Source of the DNA: a virus
UHGV virus genome: UHGV-1366603
Length of the DNA stretch: 64,000 nucleotides
Direction: 5' to 3' (one strand)
Both the position numbers and the translations under genes were made by a program. Positions 10,172 through 19,245 of the stretch are shown one piece after another. The notes under the pieces are model-generated. The model was not told the origin of the DNA and searched no databases. It worked only from the letters and a program-made list of their open reading frames with translations. Within the stretch, counting starts at the first letter, position 1. Each line of letters begins with the position of its first letter.

Positions 10172-10993
10172 ATGTCCGAACCACAATTACTGCGCTCCGT
10201 ATTAATGAAAATCAAAAGTCAACGTGAAGACATTCAATCATTGGCTTTAACGCTCGGTTATGCGCCGGGTGACTTACGTTCTAAATCCTACGTGAACGCG
10301 TCAAGCATTGTACTCACGCCTGATGAGCGCCTTGCTTATGTCCTATACCTGAGACGGTTAGGCTATGTTTGTGCTTTACCTGAACAACTCCCGTTTACCG
10401 ATGGGGTGAACCACATCAACTTTTACTCCAACGGTCGTACTACCGTGGGTAAGATGATCAGTAACTTCTACGCGAAACCTGACGGGTCAAAATTCGACAC
10501 GATTCACGGTCAGTTCCTGACGTTGGAAGGTTACTATCACTACTTGCGTATCGTTGACTACATGTTACACATGGGTTATTCGATTAAAACGATGGGGCGT
10601 CTGGAAACTGAATTTCCTGATATTCTTCGTTTACGTACGTTAACGGGTACGGAATGTATTCAGTTAGGTCGTCGATTAAAAGCGGCAATTTACGGGAAAA
10701 CGGATTACCGTCCGGGCGAGTTTAGTAGCTACGCGACTGGCGCATTTAAGAATGCACTGCTGCGTAAGTTACACCTGTTACAATACGACGGGTCTTGTTT
10801 AGGTAATACCCTGTCTTACTGCCATTCAATGAATCTTCCGTTCTTGCATTATTACGTTATGAACGGTCGGGTGATTACACCACCGCATTCTGAATGGCTT
10901 CCTAATCTGGTGATTTCTATTGTAGAAAACATCGACTATAACGACTCGACGTTCGATATTACGGACGTCAGTGAACGTATGGGATTAATCTAA
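10172..10993 (+). CDS. hypothetical protein (273 aa)
   Basis: Start placed at ATG 10172 with AAGAGG RBS rather than the overlapping upstream ATG. Confidence 0.5.
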   Translation: MSEPQLLRSVLMKIKSQREDIQSLALTLGYAPGDLRSKSYVNASSIVLTPDERLAYVLYLRRLGYVCALPEQLPFTDGVNHINFYSNGRTTVGKMISNFYAKPDGSKFDTIHGQFLTLEGYYHYLRIVDYMLHMGYSIKTMGRLETEFPDILRLRTLTGTECIQLGRRLKAAIYGKTDYRPGEFSSYATGAFKNALLRKLHLLQYDGSCLGNTLSYCHSMNLPFLHYYVMNGRVITPPHSEWLPNLVISIVENIDYNDSTFDITDVSERMGLI

Positions 10994-11652
10994 TGGGATT
11001 GTTCGATACCCTAGCGCGGCTGGATAAAGCGCAGGAAGAAGAAATCATTCGTGTTGCAGGTGAATCCATTAAACACGAAGTCGAAAAGGAATACTGCGTT
11101 TGGGTAAAACCGACGCAAGCGGGATGGGATTGGCTCCACGCACAAGAAGCCAAGATGTTCATGGACATTCTCATGCCGATAGAAGGTGGGCGTCGTCGTA
11201 TCCGTATTAAAGAAGACGGTACGGCACAGCTAACGCTTAAGCGTAAATTCCAGGACGGAAAGGTTGAAGAGAATTCGGATATCGGGATTAGTTCCGCACT
11301 CTCTTTTTACAAAGATGGCTATTTGGCACACCTGGTGAAGCGTGTTCACTTAGAGCCAGGTGAATTAGCCGATAAAGGTGCTAAGCATTGGGATATTGAT
11401 ATTTTCAGTATCACCACCGGACACCCTGCTATTGAAGTTTCGGCTGACTTTAACGATCTCCTCACCGAGATGCGTAGTAGTACCAGCGTCGGAGACTGGG
11501 TGAAAGTTGAACTGGAAGTCGAGCGTTACGAGATTGCGGATGTGTTGTCCGTGATTCCGTTTGAGTTTGACGGCCATATTCCGGCTACGCCAAAAGATCC
11601 TGAAGACCAAGAATACCTTCGCGATTACTGGGATTCAGTTACCCGTATGTAA
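10993..11652 (+). CDS. hypothetical protein (219 aa)
   Basis: TAATG overlap with upstream gene; terminator follows. Confidence 0.5.
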   Translation: MGLFDTLARLDKAQEEEIIRVAGESIKHEVEKEYCVWVKPTQAGWDWLHAQEAKMFMDILMPIEGGRRRIRIKEDGTAQLTLKRKFQDGKVEENSDIGISSALSFYKDGYLAHLVKRVHLEPGELADKGAKHWDIDIFSITTGHPAIEVSADFNDLLTEMRSSTSVGDWVKVELEVERYEIADVLSVIPFEFDGHIPATPKDPEDQEYLRDYWDSVTRM

Positions 11653-11657
11653 CACCT

Positions 11658-11697
11658 ACCCTACTCCTGTCTGGGAGTAGGGTATTTTCATTTTTTA
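11658..11697 (+). terminator. intrinsic terminator
   Basis: ACCCTACTCC-loop-GGAGTAGGGT followed by ATTTTCATTTTTT. Confidence 0.6.
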
Positions 11698-11716
11698 CCC
11701 TAAAGGAGAATTTACC

Positions 11717-12085
11717 ATGCAAGCTCAGTTTTTTAATACTCCCAACGGATTCGGTTTTAGATTCCCTGAATTTGTTTTACCAAAACAAGTTATTGAAGTA
11801 CCACTCACACGTGGTGTGCTATTAAAGCTACGCACCGTACTGGCCAACTTCTCAGGAAAGACTGTGGATATTCGTGTATGGTCAGGTTCGGGAAGTCCTG
11901 GTGGTGTTTTGTTTGTCGATTACAATTGGATTAAAAGGACAGGTTTTCCGCTTGTACGAAAAGTTGAAGCTGTACACGGATTATCCTTCCACACTCTGCT
12001 GGGTGATTTAACGTTCCCTGAAAGTGGCGAATATTCTACTCCTGCTGAAGACGAATACCAAATTCATCTCGTTTTGTTGAAGTAA
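11717..12085 (+). CDS. hypothetical protein (122 aa)
   Basis: AAAGGAG RBS. Confidence 0.5.
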   Translation: MQAQFFNTPNGFGFRFPEFVLPKQVIEVPLTRGVLLKLRTVLANFSGKTVDIRVWSGSGSPGGVLFVDYNWIKRTGFPLVRKVEAVHGLSFHTLLGDLTFPESGEYSTPAEDEYQIHLVLLK

Positions 12086-12148
12086 TTTTTACAATTAGGT
12101 GTAGATTTATGTCTCCCCTAGAACAAAATCTAAATCGGAGAAACAATT

Positions 12149-12559
12149 ATGCGTGAACATATCCTCGATCTTAGTGTTTCTGTAGAAGAACTTGTCAATC
12201 AACTTGGCGGCACGGGTCATGGTCTTCATTCAAAGACGAACAGTATAAGCCATCTCCTCGACCCAGAGTACGAACGAAAACTCCACATGATCGCAACCGT
12301 TCGTAACAAAGCCATGCACGAGAATATTCTCCCTACCAACATTCAAGCCTTTGAACAAGCCGTAGCAGATACAAAAGTTTATTTGCTTGACCTCTGTTTG
12401 CGCCAAGAAAACCCTAGCCAGTCGGAACCCAAAGAGCCGGGTAAAAGAAAGCTTGGGTGGTCTGAAATGAATAAGAAGCAAAGAATCTATTACGGTATCG
12501 GTATTGCTATCGGCTGTGTCGCTATTGGTATTTTCGGTATAACAGGACCTAAAAGATGA
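12149..12559 (+). CDS. hypothetical protein with C-terminal hydrophobic segment (136 aa)
   Basis: GGAG RBS; C-terminal IYYGIGIAIGCVAIGIFGI. Confidence 0.5.
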   Translation: MREHILDLSVSVEELVNQLGGTGHGLHSKTNSISHLLDPEYERKLHMIATVRNKAMHENILPTNIQAFEQAVADTKVYLLDLCLRQENPSQSEPKEPGKRKLGWSEMNKKQRIYYGIGIAIGCVAIGIFGITGPKR

Positions 12560-13101
12560 AACTCGTAAACATGACGGACGAGGTTTCTAAGTTTATTGTT
12601 TTCTTAGAAAACCAAAATGTAAAGCCGGGTGAGAACATTGACGAATGGATGCTTAGACTACACAGCACGATAGGTAAAGTGTGTGGGTCAATCACCTCAA
12701 TCGACAGTTTAGGTCTGGCCAGAAACATTGGGGTAGCCTTTTGGGATATTGCTGCTTTTGTCTACGTTACTAATAAAGGAAACTTACACCCGTTCTTAAG
12801 CTCTCTGGTAAGGATGAATGGGGTTCGTAAATGGAGCAACGACCCTATCGTGATACAGGGAAGTAAATTAGTTAACGCGGCAGTACGAACTATTGCTCTT
12901 GGGCAATGCCGTACGGGAAAATACACGGACAAATGTGAGATAGAACTCACGACGTTAACTTATCGCCTGGCGTCTGTTGCCAGAACCAACGGCTTAGTCG
13001 TAGACCGCGTTATCAAAAACGGTCGCGAGACGTGGGTTAAGGAACAAAACAAAGGCGATTTTCTCTCTTATCTTGAATTACACAAAATGATTAAAGGATA
13101 A
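12556..13101 (+). CDS. hypothetical protein (181 aa)
   Basis: ATGA overlap with upstream gene. Confidence 0.5.
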   Translation: MKLVNMTDEVSKFIVFLENQNVKPGENIDEWMLRLHSTIGKVCGSITSIDSLGLARNIGVAFWDIAAFVYVTNKGNLHPFLSSLVRMNGVRKWSNDPIVIQGSKLVNAAVRTIALGQCRTGKYTDKCEIELTTLTYRLASVARTNGLVVDRVIKNGRETWVKEQNKGDFLSYLELHKMIKG

Positions 13102-13109
13102 TCAGTACG

Positions 13110-13418
13110 ATGGAAAACTATTCGGGTTGGGCAATTTCGCAGTGCATTGGCTATTCTTTACGTTCTTTAGTGCGTACACTTTATAACAAAAACTCAGGTG
13201 AAGCTATTACACCACAGTTACTGGGCAAATTGGAAGTCGAAGTTAACCACAAATTAAAGCAGTTACTCGACAACCACGTAAGAACAATGCGTTGGGAGTT
13301 TTTGTTGCGTGGTAAGAAGCCGTCAATTACTGTTGTGGCAGAAGGCAGTGAAATTGTTCTCCAATCCAACGCAGACCTGTTTGAAATTTTAACTGAACTC
13401 GAAAAGGACAAAATCTGA
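13110..13418 (+). CDS. hypothetical protein (102 aa)
   Basis: AAAGGA RBS. Confidence 0.45.
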   Translation: MENYSGWAISQCIGYSLRSLVRTLYNKNSGEAITPQLLGKLEVEVNHKLKQLLDNHVRTMRWEFLLRGKKPSITVVAEGSEIVLQSNADLFEILTELEKDKI

Positions 13419-14452
13419 TGAAACAGTATTTAGCGTTAATGCAAGACATTCTGGATAACGGCGTTGTCAAGAAAGACCGTACAGGCGTAGGGACACTTTC
13501 TGTATTTGGCCGTCAACTACGTTTTGACCTGAAAGAAGGTTTCCCATTAGTTACTACGAAAAAGGTTCACCTGAAAAGTATCATTCATGAACTGCTGTGG
13601 TTCTTAAACGGTGACACTAACGTGAAGTACCTGCAAGAGAATGGGGTAAGAATTTGGAACGAATGGAGTGATGAAGAGGGGAACTTAGGGCCAGTATATG
13701 GTAAACAATGGCGCGAATGGCGCGACTGTAAAGTTGTGGAATGTCACGATGTAGGACGTACACAACAACTAATGCAGCTCGGTTACAAGTATATTGGGAA
13801 CATAAAGGAAGACGGTACGACGTATTTGGTCTATGAAAAAGCACATGACCAGATCAGTAAAGTTATCCAACAACTTCGTGAAGACCCAGATTCTCGCCGC
13901 ATTATTGTTAGTGCCTGGAACGTAGCCGACCTGGACGACATGGCACTTAACCCATGCCACAACTATTTCCAATTCTACACTACAGAAATGACACTGCTTG
14001 AACGACTGGATTGGTACGAAGTAAACGAGCCGGAAAAATTTGCGAGCGCACCGCTTATTAATCACGAAGATATTGATGATGAAGAGCGGCTTCAAGAAAC
14101 TTTAGATCGTGAGGGCATTCCACGCCGTAAGCTTTCATGTTTTTACATGATGCGGAGCAACGATTACCTACTCGGCGCGCCATTTAACATCGCTTCCTAC
14201 GCTCTGTTAACCTATATGGTTGCACAGCAGTTGAACATGGTTCCAGACGAACTCGTTTACAGCGGCGTAGATGTTCATCTGTACTCTAACCATCTGGAGC
14301 AAGCAAAACTTCAGCTTACACGCGAACCATACCCGTTACCTAAACTGGTTATCAAACGTAAACCTGATTCTATCTTCGATTACAAATACGAAGACTTCGA
14401 ATTAGTCGGCTATCAAGCACATCCACATATTGCGGCCCCCGTCGCAGTATAA
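13418..14452 (+). CDS. thyA: thymidylate synthase (ThyA) carrying two insertions
   Basis: Near-collinear by-eye match to E. coli ThyA (MKQYL..., [39 protein letters not shown], catalytic [21 protein letters not shown]-terminal APVA); TGATG overlap with upstream gene. Confidence 0.9.
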   Translation: MKQYLALMQDILDNGVVKKDRTGVGTLSVFGRQLRFDLKEGFPLVTTKKVHLKSIIHELLWFLNGDTNVKYLQENGVRIWNEWSDEEGNLGPVYGKQWREWRDCKVVECHDVGRTQQLMQLGYKYIGNIKEDGTTYLVYEKAHDQISKVIQQLREDPDSRRIIVSAWNVADLDDMALNPCHNYFQFYTTEMTLLERLDWYEVNEPEKFASAPLINHEDIDDEERLQETLDREGIPRRKLSCFYMMRSNDYLLGAPFNIASYALLTYMVAQQLNMVPDELVYSGVDVHLYSNHLEQAKLQLTREPYPLPKLVIKRKPDSIFDYKYEDFELVGYQAHPHIAAPVAV

Positions 14453-14482
14453 ATTACCACCTAATTAAAAAGGTATGATAAA

Positions 14483-14929
14483 ATGTCTAAAACTCATGTT
14501 AACTATAACATCGTAGTAGAAGAATTATCAAAAGGTTTAACCGATCTGGATTCTAAAGATAATCCGTTTACCGATCGCTATGGTCCCAATGCTTTGTCTG
14601 AATTTCGTACTATCCGCTACGGTACAGGTAGGCAGATGGGGCTTACAGACTTTGGTGTCGAGTTAGCTAAGAACCATAAAGGGAAAGTATTATTCGTTAA
14701 CCCAAAAGGGTTCTTAGAGGACGATGTGCTATTCCGTTTAGGTCTCGAAGACTTACCGGAGAATATCACACAAATCAGCGGTTACCAAATGGGTACAGAA
14801 AAAGAAAAATACAGCCTTGTCATTGTAGACGACGCTGGGGTTTTCTTTAGCATGTTCCGTTACATGAAGTTCTTCCGCTTACTTGCAAACTCAGTAACTA
14901 AAGACGTTGTAATCCATTTAATAGGTTAA
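14483..14929 (+). CDS. hypothetical protein (148 aa)
   Basis: AAAGG RBS. Confidence 0.5.
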   Translation: MSKTHVNYNIVVEELSKGLTDLDSKDNPFTDRYGPNALSEFRTIRYGTGRQMGLTDFGVELAKNHKGKVLFVNPKGFLEDDVLFRLGLEDLPENITQISGYQMGTEKEKYSLVIVDDAGVFFSMFRYMKFFRLLANSVTKDVVIHLIG

Positions 14930-14950
14930 TTAATGACGAGGGAATTCTTT

Positions 14951-15100
14951 ATGTCGAATGATGTCATTAAAGTTACTATAAAGTATATCAATCTGAATAA
15001 GAGAATCCGTTGCAAAGTAAATCGTAAAGCTATCGCTAGTCGCTGGCGTAAAGGACCACACAAGGGTCGTAAACGCTTTCTGGCTTTTTGGGATGTCTGA
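14951..15100 (+). CDS. small basic protein (49 aa), first of three coupled micro-ORFs
   Basis: ATG with GAGGG RBS; below the ORF-track cutoff; stop overlaps next start (TGATG); contains RWRKGPHKGRKRF. Confidence 0.35.
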   Translation: MSNDVIKVTIKYINLNKRIRCKVNRKAIASRWRKGPHKGRKRFLAFWDV

Positions 15101-15324
15101 TGAAAAAACCACGTTTTCACAGCCTGAGATACTTTACAGGTACTCTATATTTTATTGGCTACAACCGTGTACGTAAGGGTCCTGGTAAATCGAAGATGCG
15201 CATCGTGCGATATAAAGAGACGCCGCCAGGTCTAGCACCGATGGCGAAACTTCTGTCGCCGTTCGCTAACCTTAATATCAAAACTGTTAACCCCTTTGTA
15301 AGAAATCTGGAAACTAAAAAATGA
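15100..15324 (+). CDS. small basic protein (74 aa)
   Basis: ATG overlaps upstream stop; contains RVRKGPGKSKMRI, echoing the previous ORF. Confidence 0.35.
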   Translation: MKKPRFHSLRYFTGTLYFIGYNRVRKGPGKSKMRIVRYKETPPGLAPMAKLLSPFANLNIKTVNPFVRNLETKK

Positions 15325-15464
15325 CTGAAGAAGTTAAAGTAGAAGCCGTTAAAGAAACTGACGAATTTGCAATCCCTGGCTTAGACCCGGAAGCGACCGT
15401 AGAGAAAGGTGCTGACCCAACTACGGAAGACGATAACTGCTCAGGCGGGGCTTGCAAAATTTAA
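15321..15464 (+). CDS. small acidic protein with C-terminal CSGGAC (47 aa)
   Basis: ATGA overlap with upstream ORF; terminator directly downstream. Confidence 0.35.
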   Translation: MTEEVKVEAVKETDEFAIPGLDPEATVEKGADPTTEDDNCSGGACKI

Positions 15465-15472
15465 CAGTTCAC

Positions 15473-15512
15473 GGGGTGCTTATGTAGCACCCCTAATCCT
15501 TATTCTTTTTTT
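15473..15512 (+). terminator. intrinsic terminator
   Basis: GGGGTGCT-TATGT-AGCACCCC followed by a T-rich tract. Confidence 0.6.
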
Positions 15513-15534
15513 GTTAATCTAATGGAGTTTTAGA

Positions 15535-16365
15535 ATGGGCGAACGTTTTAACATCAACGCTATTTACAACATCGTAGTTAATCCTGGTCAGCACCTGGAA
15601 GAAGTTAACGCGCAACTGCGTGCTCTGAATGAGAAGGCAATACAGTTCGACGCCATTTACACAATCGGTGTAAACCCTGGTACCAATCGTATTCGCGTGG
15701 AAGGTAAACGACACACCGGCACTCAAGAACTGGACATCGAAACGATTGAAGCACCGATTAAACTTACTGATGCTGTTTATAACGGTACAGTAATGCACAC
15801 CGTATCGGTTCCGGTCTATTCTATTGCGAACTGTGCAGAACATGTTAAAGGTTGGTCTAAAGAACGCGGCATCCTCGATAACGGTAAACTGGAAACTCAA
15901 ATCACGAAATTCTTTGAAGAGTTTGGTGAAATTGCAACGGGTATCAGTAAAAACAAACCTGATTTGATCATGGACGGGATCGGCGATGCGTTAGTGGTTT
16001 TAGTGAACATCCTGGAGCTGGGTAAAGACAAACTGTCTGGAGAAATGACAACCGCTGAAATCATCGAGCACGGTTTACAGTTGCAGGTAGATGATGTCGC
16101 TGACGTTGAAGAACATTTTGATGACAACGGGTATCCACATCATTTGTATCTCCACGCTACCGAAATCTTCGCTACCGCATTTATTCGCTCCGATGCTGGG
16201 TTCGATCAGCTTAACTGGGCTTTGTACCGCCTTGCAAAACTGGCTCTCTACTATCGTCTTGACATTCGTCATTGTTTCTCTTTAGCCTGGCACGAAATCA
16301 AAGACCGTAAAGGTTACCTGAACGCCGACGGCATCTTTGTAAAAGAAGCAGACTTGGCGAAATAA
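15535..16365 (+). CDS. putative MazG-like nucleotide pyrophosphohydrolase domain protein (276 aa)
   Basis: FEEFGEI...DGIGDALVVLVNILEL resembles the MazG EExxE / ExxD metal-binding helices; TGGAG RBS; N-terminal ~120 aa unassigned. Confidence 0.4.
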   Translation: MGERFNINAIYNIVVNPGQHLEEVNAQLRALNEKAIQFDAIYTIGVNPGTNRIRVEGKRHTGTQELDIETIEAPIKLTDAVYNGTVMHTVSVPVYSIANCAEHVKGWSKERGILDNGKLETQITKFFEEFGEIATGISKNKPDLIMDGIGDALVVLVNILELGKDKLSGEMTTAEIIEHGLQLQVDDVADVEEHFDDNGYPHHLYLHATEIFATAFIRSDAGFDQLNWALYRLAKLALYYRLDIRHCFSLAWHEIKDRKGYLNADGIFVKEADLAK

Positions 16366-16371
16366 ATAAAA

Positions 16372-16418
16372 GTACCTACCTCCGAAAGGAGGTAGGTTAA
16401 CTTTCTTTTTTTCTTTTT
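16372..16418. terminator. bidirectional terminator, member of a repeated hairpin family
   Basis: GTACCTACCTCC-GAAA-GGAGGTAGGT followed by T-run; near-identical copies at 40076 and 57286. Confidence 0.65.
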
Positions 16419-16982
16419 TTAAGCGCCAGGAACAATCCCAGAAGAGATATACGTCAAACCGTCAAGTTCGGTAACTTTAATCAGTTTCGAAATATCCTTA
16501 CCGTCAGACGGCAGTTCAGTTAAGTACACTTCCAACTGACCTGTCCAAGCTAAAGATCTCCCGTTCATGATAATGATGGTTTTATCTTTGCTGTCTGGCG
16601 CAGCTGTTGGGTTCTCAACTTCGTCGTCCGTAATCTGTAAGTTATATTTCGTACGGAATAGTTCCAATACTTCAGAAACAGTAGCAGCGTTCACACCTGC
16701 GACAGAGACAACGAAATCACCTAACAGATGTTCCAAATCCAACCGACGATAAATAACGTCAATTTTACCAAACGTTTTCTGTTCAATAATTCCCTGGACG
16801 CTGAGTTGAGTATTTAATCGCGTAAATTGAGTTTCTGGTGTTTCTACTGCGGGGATATGTGCCGGTGTGCCGAAATTCAATTTATCGATTGTAATACCTT
16901 TCTCTACCAAACCTGGATTCTTTTTTACTAATAACTCATAAACCAGTTGTTTTCCTGATTTACCTAATAGCGTATTAGCCAT
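16419..16982 (-). CDS. hypothetical protein (187 aa)
   Basis: GAGAGG RBS on minus strand; last gene of a minus-strand block. Confidence 0.5.
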   Translation of the reverse strand: MANTLLGKSGKQLVYELLVKKNPGLVEKGITIDKLNFGTPAHIPAVETPETQFTRLNTQLSVQGIIEQKTFGKIDVIYRRLDLEHLLGDFVVSVAGVNAATVSEVLELFRTKYNLQITDDEVENPTAAPDSKDKTIIIMNGRSLAWTGQLEVYLTELPSDGKDISKLIKVTELDGLTYISSGIVPGA

Positions 16983-16998
16983 TATTTCCTCTCAAACA

Positions 16999-19200
16999 TT
17001 AACGTGCTTGCGGCAGGAAGATGTTCGCGATCTGGCGTGCTGGGATAACATCCAGTGCCGAGTTAATAAAACTACCCTGCGACCATGCAGATGCCCAGTT
17101 TTGTGCCCAGATGCTCGCATTAATCTTGGCACGCGCAATACCGTTAGTACGTTCGTACAACGTAGCACCACCTAAACACGCCATAAATTCACTGAATTTG
17201 TTATCATCATCCCACACACCTGTGTCAGTAACAATGGGCATGTACATAACGCGAGTCAAATCACGAATAGTAACAGAGATGTCGCAAGACAGTGGGACGG
17301 AATCACCTGGCCGCCAACCTAAACCACCCACACCGAACTGTAACGACATCGACGTTACCATTGCATTACGGAACGAGAAACGTCCTTGAGAGTAACACTC
17401 TAAGTAGAACGGGTGGGTAAAGGATTGTTTACCGGTTGCGAGCGGACACACTGCTGCAATCCAAAACGAAAGCGGAACTAACAAATCCTGGAAAATATCC
17501 AGGTCGTTACCCGACCAACAACGTAAAGGAATGGTTAAAGTAATGTCGTCTCCTGATGCGTCAGAACTATCCCAGACTTCTGGGAAGTCTATCACCGAGG
17601 AGTTGTACAACGACATTATCCCTGTCAAATGTAGGGTGTCTGCAACGCCTCGCATCGCTGACTTAATACCGGAAACTAAAGCATCGACCGCACTAAAACC
17701 GGTTTGTCCACCCGACAGGTTAACCTCCAACGAACGCGCTTTTGCTGTTGCGGAGTTTACCATCCCGGAAATCTCAGGTTCTTTCGTGGAGTTAGAGAAC
17801 GAACGCGAAACGGTGTCTTTACCGTCAATACGCCAAGTAACCCATTGTGAACCGTTCTTAATCTCTGACAGGACGTTATCGCCAACATCCGCAACCATGT
17901 CGGTAAACTCTTTAAAGAACGTTCCTACTTTGGATTCATCTTTACCTTTGTTCATCCAATCTTGGACTTGAACGATGTCTCCTTCGGTAAGGTCTTCTGG
18001 GTTCTTTTCATCTAACGTAGAGTTCAACTGCTTAGCTGCTGCCGCACGTTTCTCCATGGTCTGACGGGTTTTTTCCTGCTCAGATTGGATTTCTGCGGCT
18101 TGCTGTTGTAGTTCATTAGCGGTACCACCCACCACCAGGCTATTACTCATCTGTCCGATGAGCTGGTCTTCCTGACTGTCAATATCCTGTATCGGAGAAG
18201 CGTAACCACCCTTTTCACTTCTGGCAACTTTTTCCAAGTCGTATAGCGAGACTTCGAACTGTTCTGCTTTTAGACGTACGTTATCGCTGTAAGTAGCATT
18301 ATAGTAAAACGCACGTAAGCGACTAGCAAACAATTCTTCATCGTCACCGGATTCTACACGAATCGCATCGATAGTTTTAGCCTGATAGTTCGCCAAGGTC
18401 TGGTAACGGTTAATCATTCGGTAAATGTCAAACTCACCGTTCGCTTTCCAGACTTCGGGTAAGGATTTATACCACTCTTCACGATCTTTATGGTAACTAT
18501 TTTCTTTGCTTTCGGTATCGTAGCCCAACGCAAAAGTCCCTAACACCCCTGTAGGTACCAAACGACGGTAAATTAGCTGGGTATTCAGGATGTTTTGCAC
18601 CGCGCGCAAATACAGATGCATTGTGGGCTTAACGTAATAGTATCTTGACGTTTCTTTATTCAGCGCTGCCGAAAGAATCCTCGGTGTAATCAGAATCACC
18701 GCAAACGCTACAGTACCCACCGTCGCCCAAATAGCAGCCGCACCGATGTACGATGCCGCTGTTCGAATAATTCCTGGATAGTCACCTGTACGCGCAAGAT
18801 ACGCCAGGTTAGAATCGTACATGTTCGCAAAGAACGAAGCCATGCCCAGATACTTCGGTTTACCGAAACGGCAATGAACGTAAAATGAGTTCTGGCTGAT
18901 ACTTTCGTAGTAATACGTCCCTAAGCGATAAGACCCTGCGGCTGAGGAGTTATAAAGGGACTCGGTACCGCTCTTAGTCGCGTCGGGTTGTGCAAACGCG
19001 CCTGTTGAGGAAGGGTCTGCAAAAAGTGTAAACTGGGGCGGTGTGTTAATCGCTTTACTGCCACCAACTGTGGTGTCTTCAAACGACATCATACCACCGG
19101 AATAGCGGCGCAAGGCCAGGAAACGTTCATCTCGGCCATCGACTGCGCCATTAAATAGGTTTTTGACCCAGCTTGAGTCGTTAACTGTTCTAGCGTCCAC
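16999..19200 (-). CDS. hypothetical protein, possibly virion-associated (733 aa)
   Basis: GTG start with AAGAGG RBS; co-oriented directly downstream of the giant SLT-domain gene; one hydrophobic segment. Confidence 0.45.
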   Translation of the reverse strand: MDARTVNDSSWVKNLFNGAVDGRDERFLALRRYSGGMMSFEDTTVGGSKAINTPPQFTLFADPSSTGAFAQPDATKSGTESLYNSSAAGSYRLGTYYYESISQNSFYVHCRFGKPKYLGMASFFANMYDSNLAYLARTGDYPGIIRTAASYIGAAAIWATVGTVAFAVILITPRILSAALNKETSRYYYVKPTMHLYLRAVQNILNTQLIYRRLVPTGVLGTFALGYDTESKENSYHKDREEWYKSLPEVWKANGEFDIYRMINRYQTLANYQAKTIDAIRVESGDDEELFASRLRAFYYNATYSDNVRLKAEQFEVSLYDLEKVARSEKGGYASPIQDIDSQEDQLIGQMSNSLVVGGTANELQQQAAEIQSEQEKTRQTMEKRAAAAKQLNSTLDEKNPEDLTEGDIVQVQDWMNKGKDESKVGTFFKEFTDMVADVGDNVLSEIKNGSQWVTWRIDGKDTVSRSFSNSTKEPEISGMVNSATAKARSLEVNLSGGQTGFSAVDALVSGIKSAMRGVADTLHLTGIMSLYNSSVIDFPEVWDSSDASGDDITLTIPLRCWSGNDLDIFQDLLVPLSFWIAAVCPLATGKQSFTHPFYLECYSQGRFSFRNAMVTSMSLQFGVGGLGWRPGDSVPLSCDISVTIRDLTRVMYMPIVTDTGVWDDDNKFSEFMACLGGATLYERTNGIARAKINASIWAQNWASAWSQGSFINSALDVIPARQIANIFLPQAR

Positions 19201-19245
19201 TTTCTACCTCTTTAAGATGGGGGTGGTTTCCCACCCCCGTTTGTA

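Noticed and set aside
13650-14130. Inteins as the source of the ThyA insertions
   Set aside because: The inserts are about 33 and 46 residues, far shorter than even mini-inteins, and lack the splice-junction residues.
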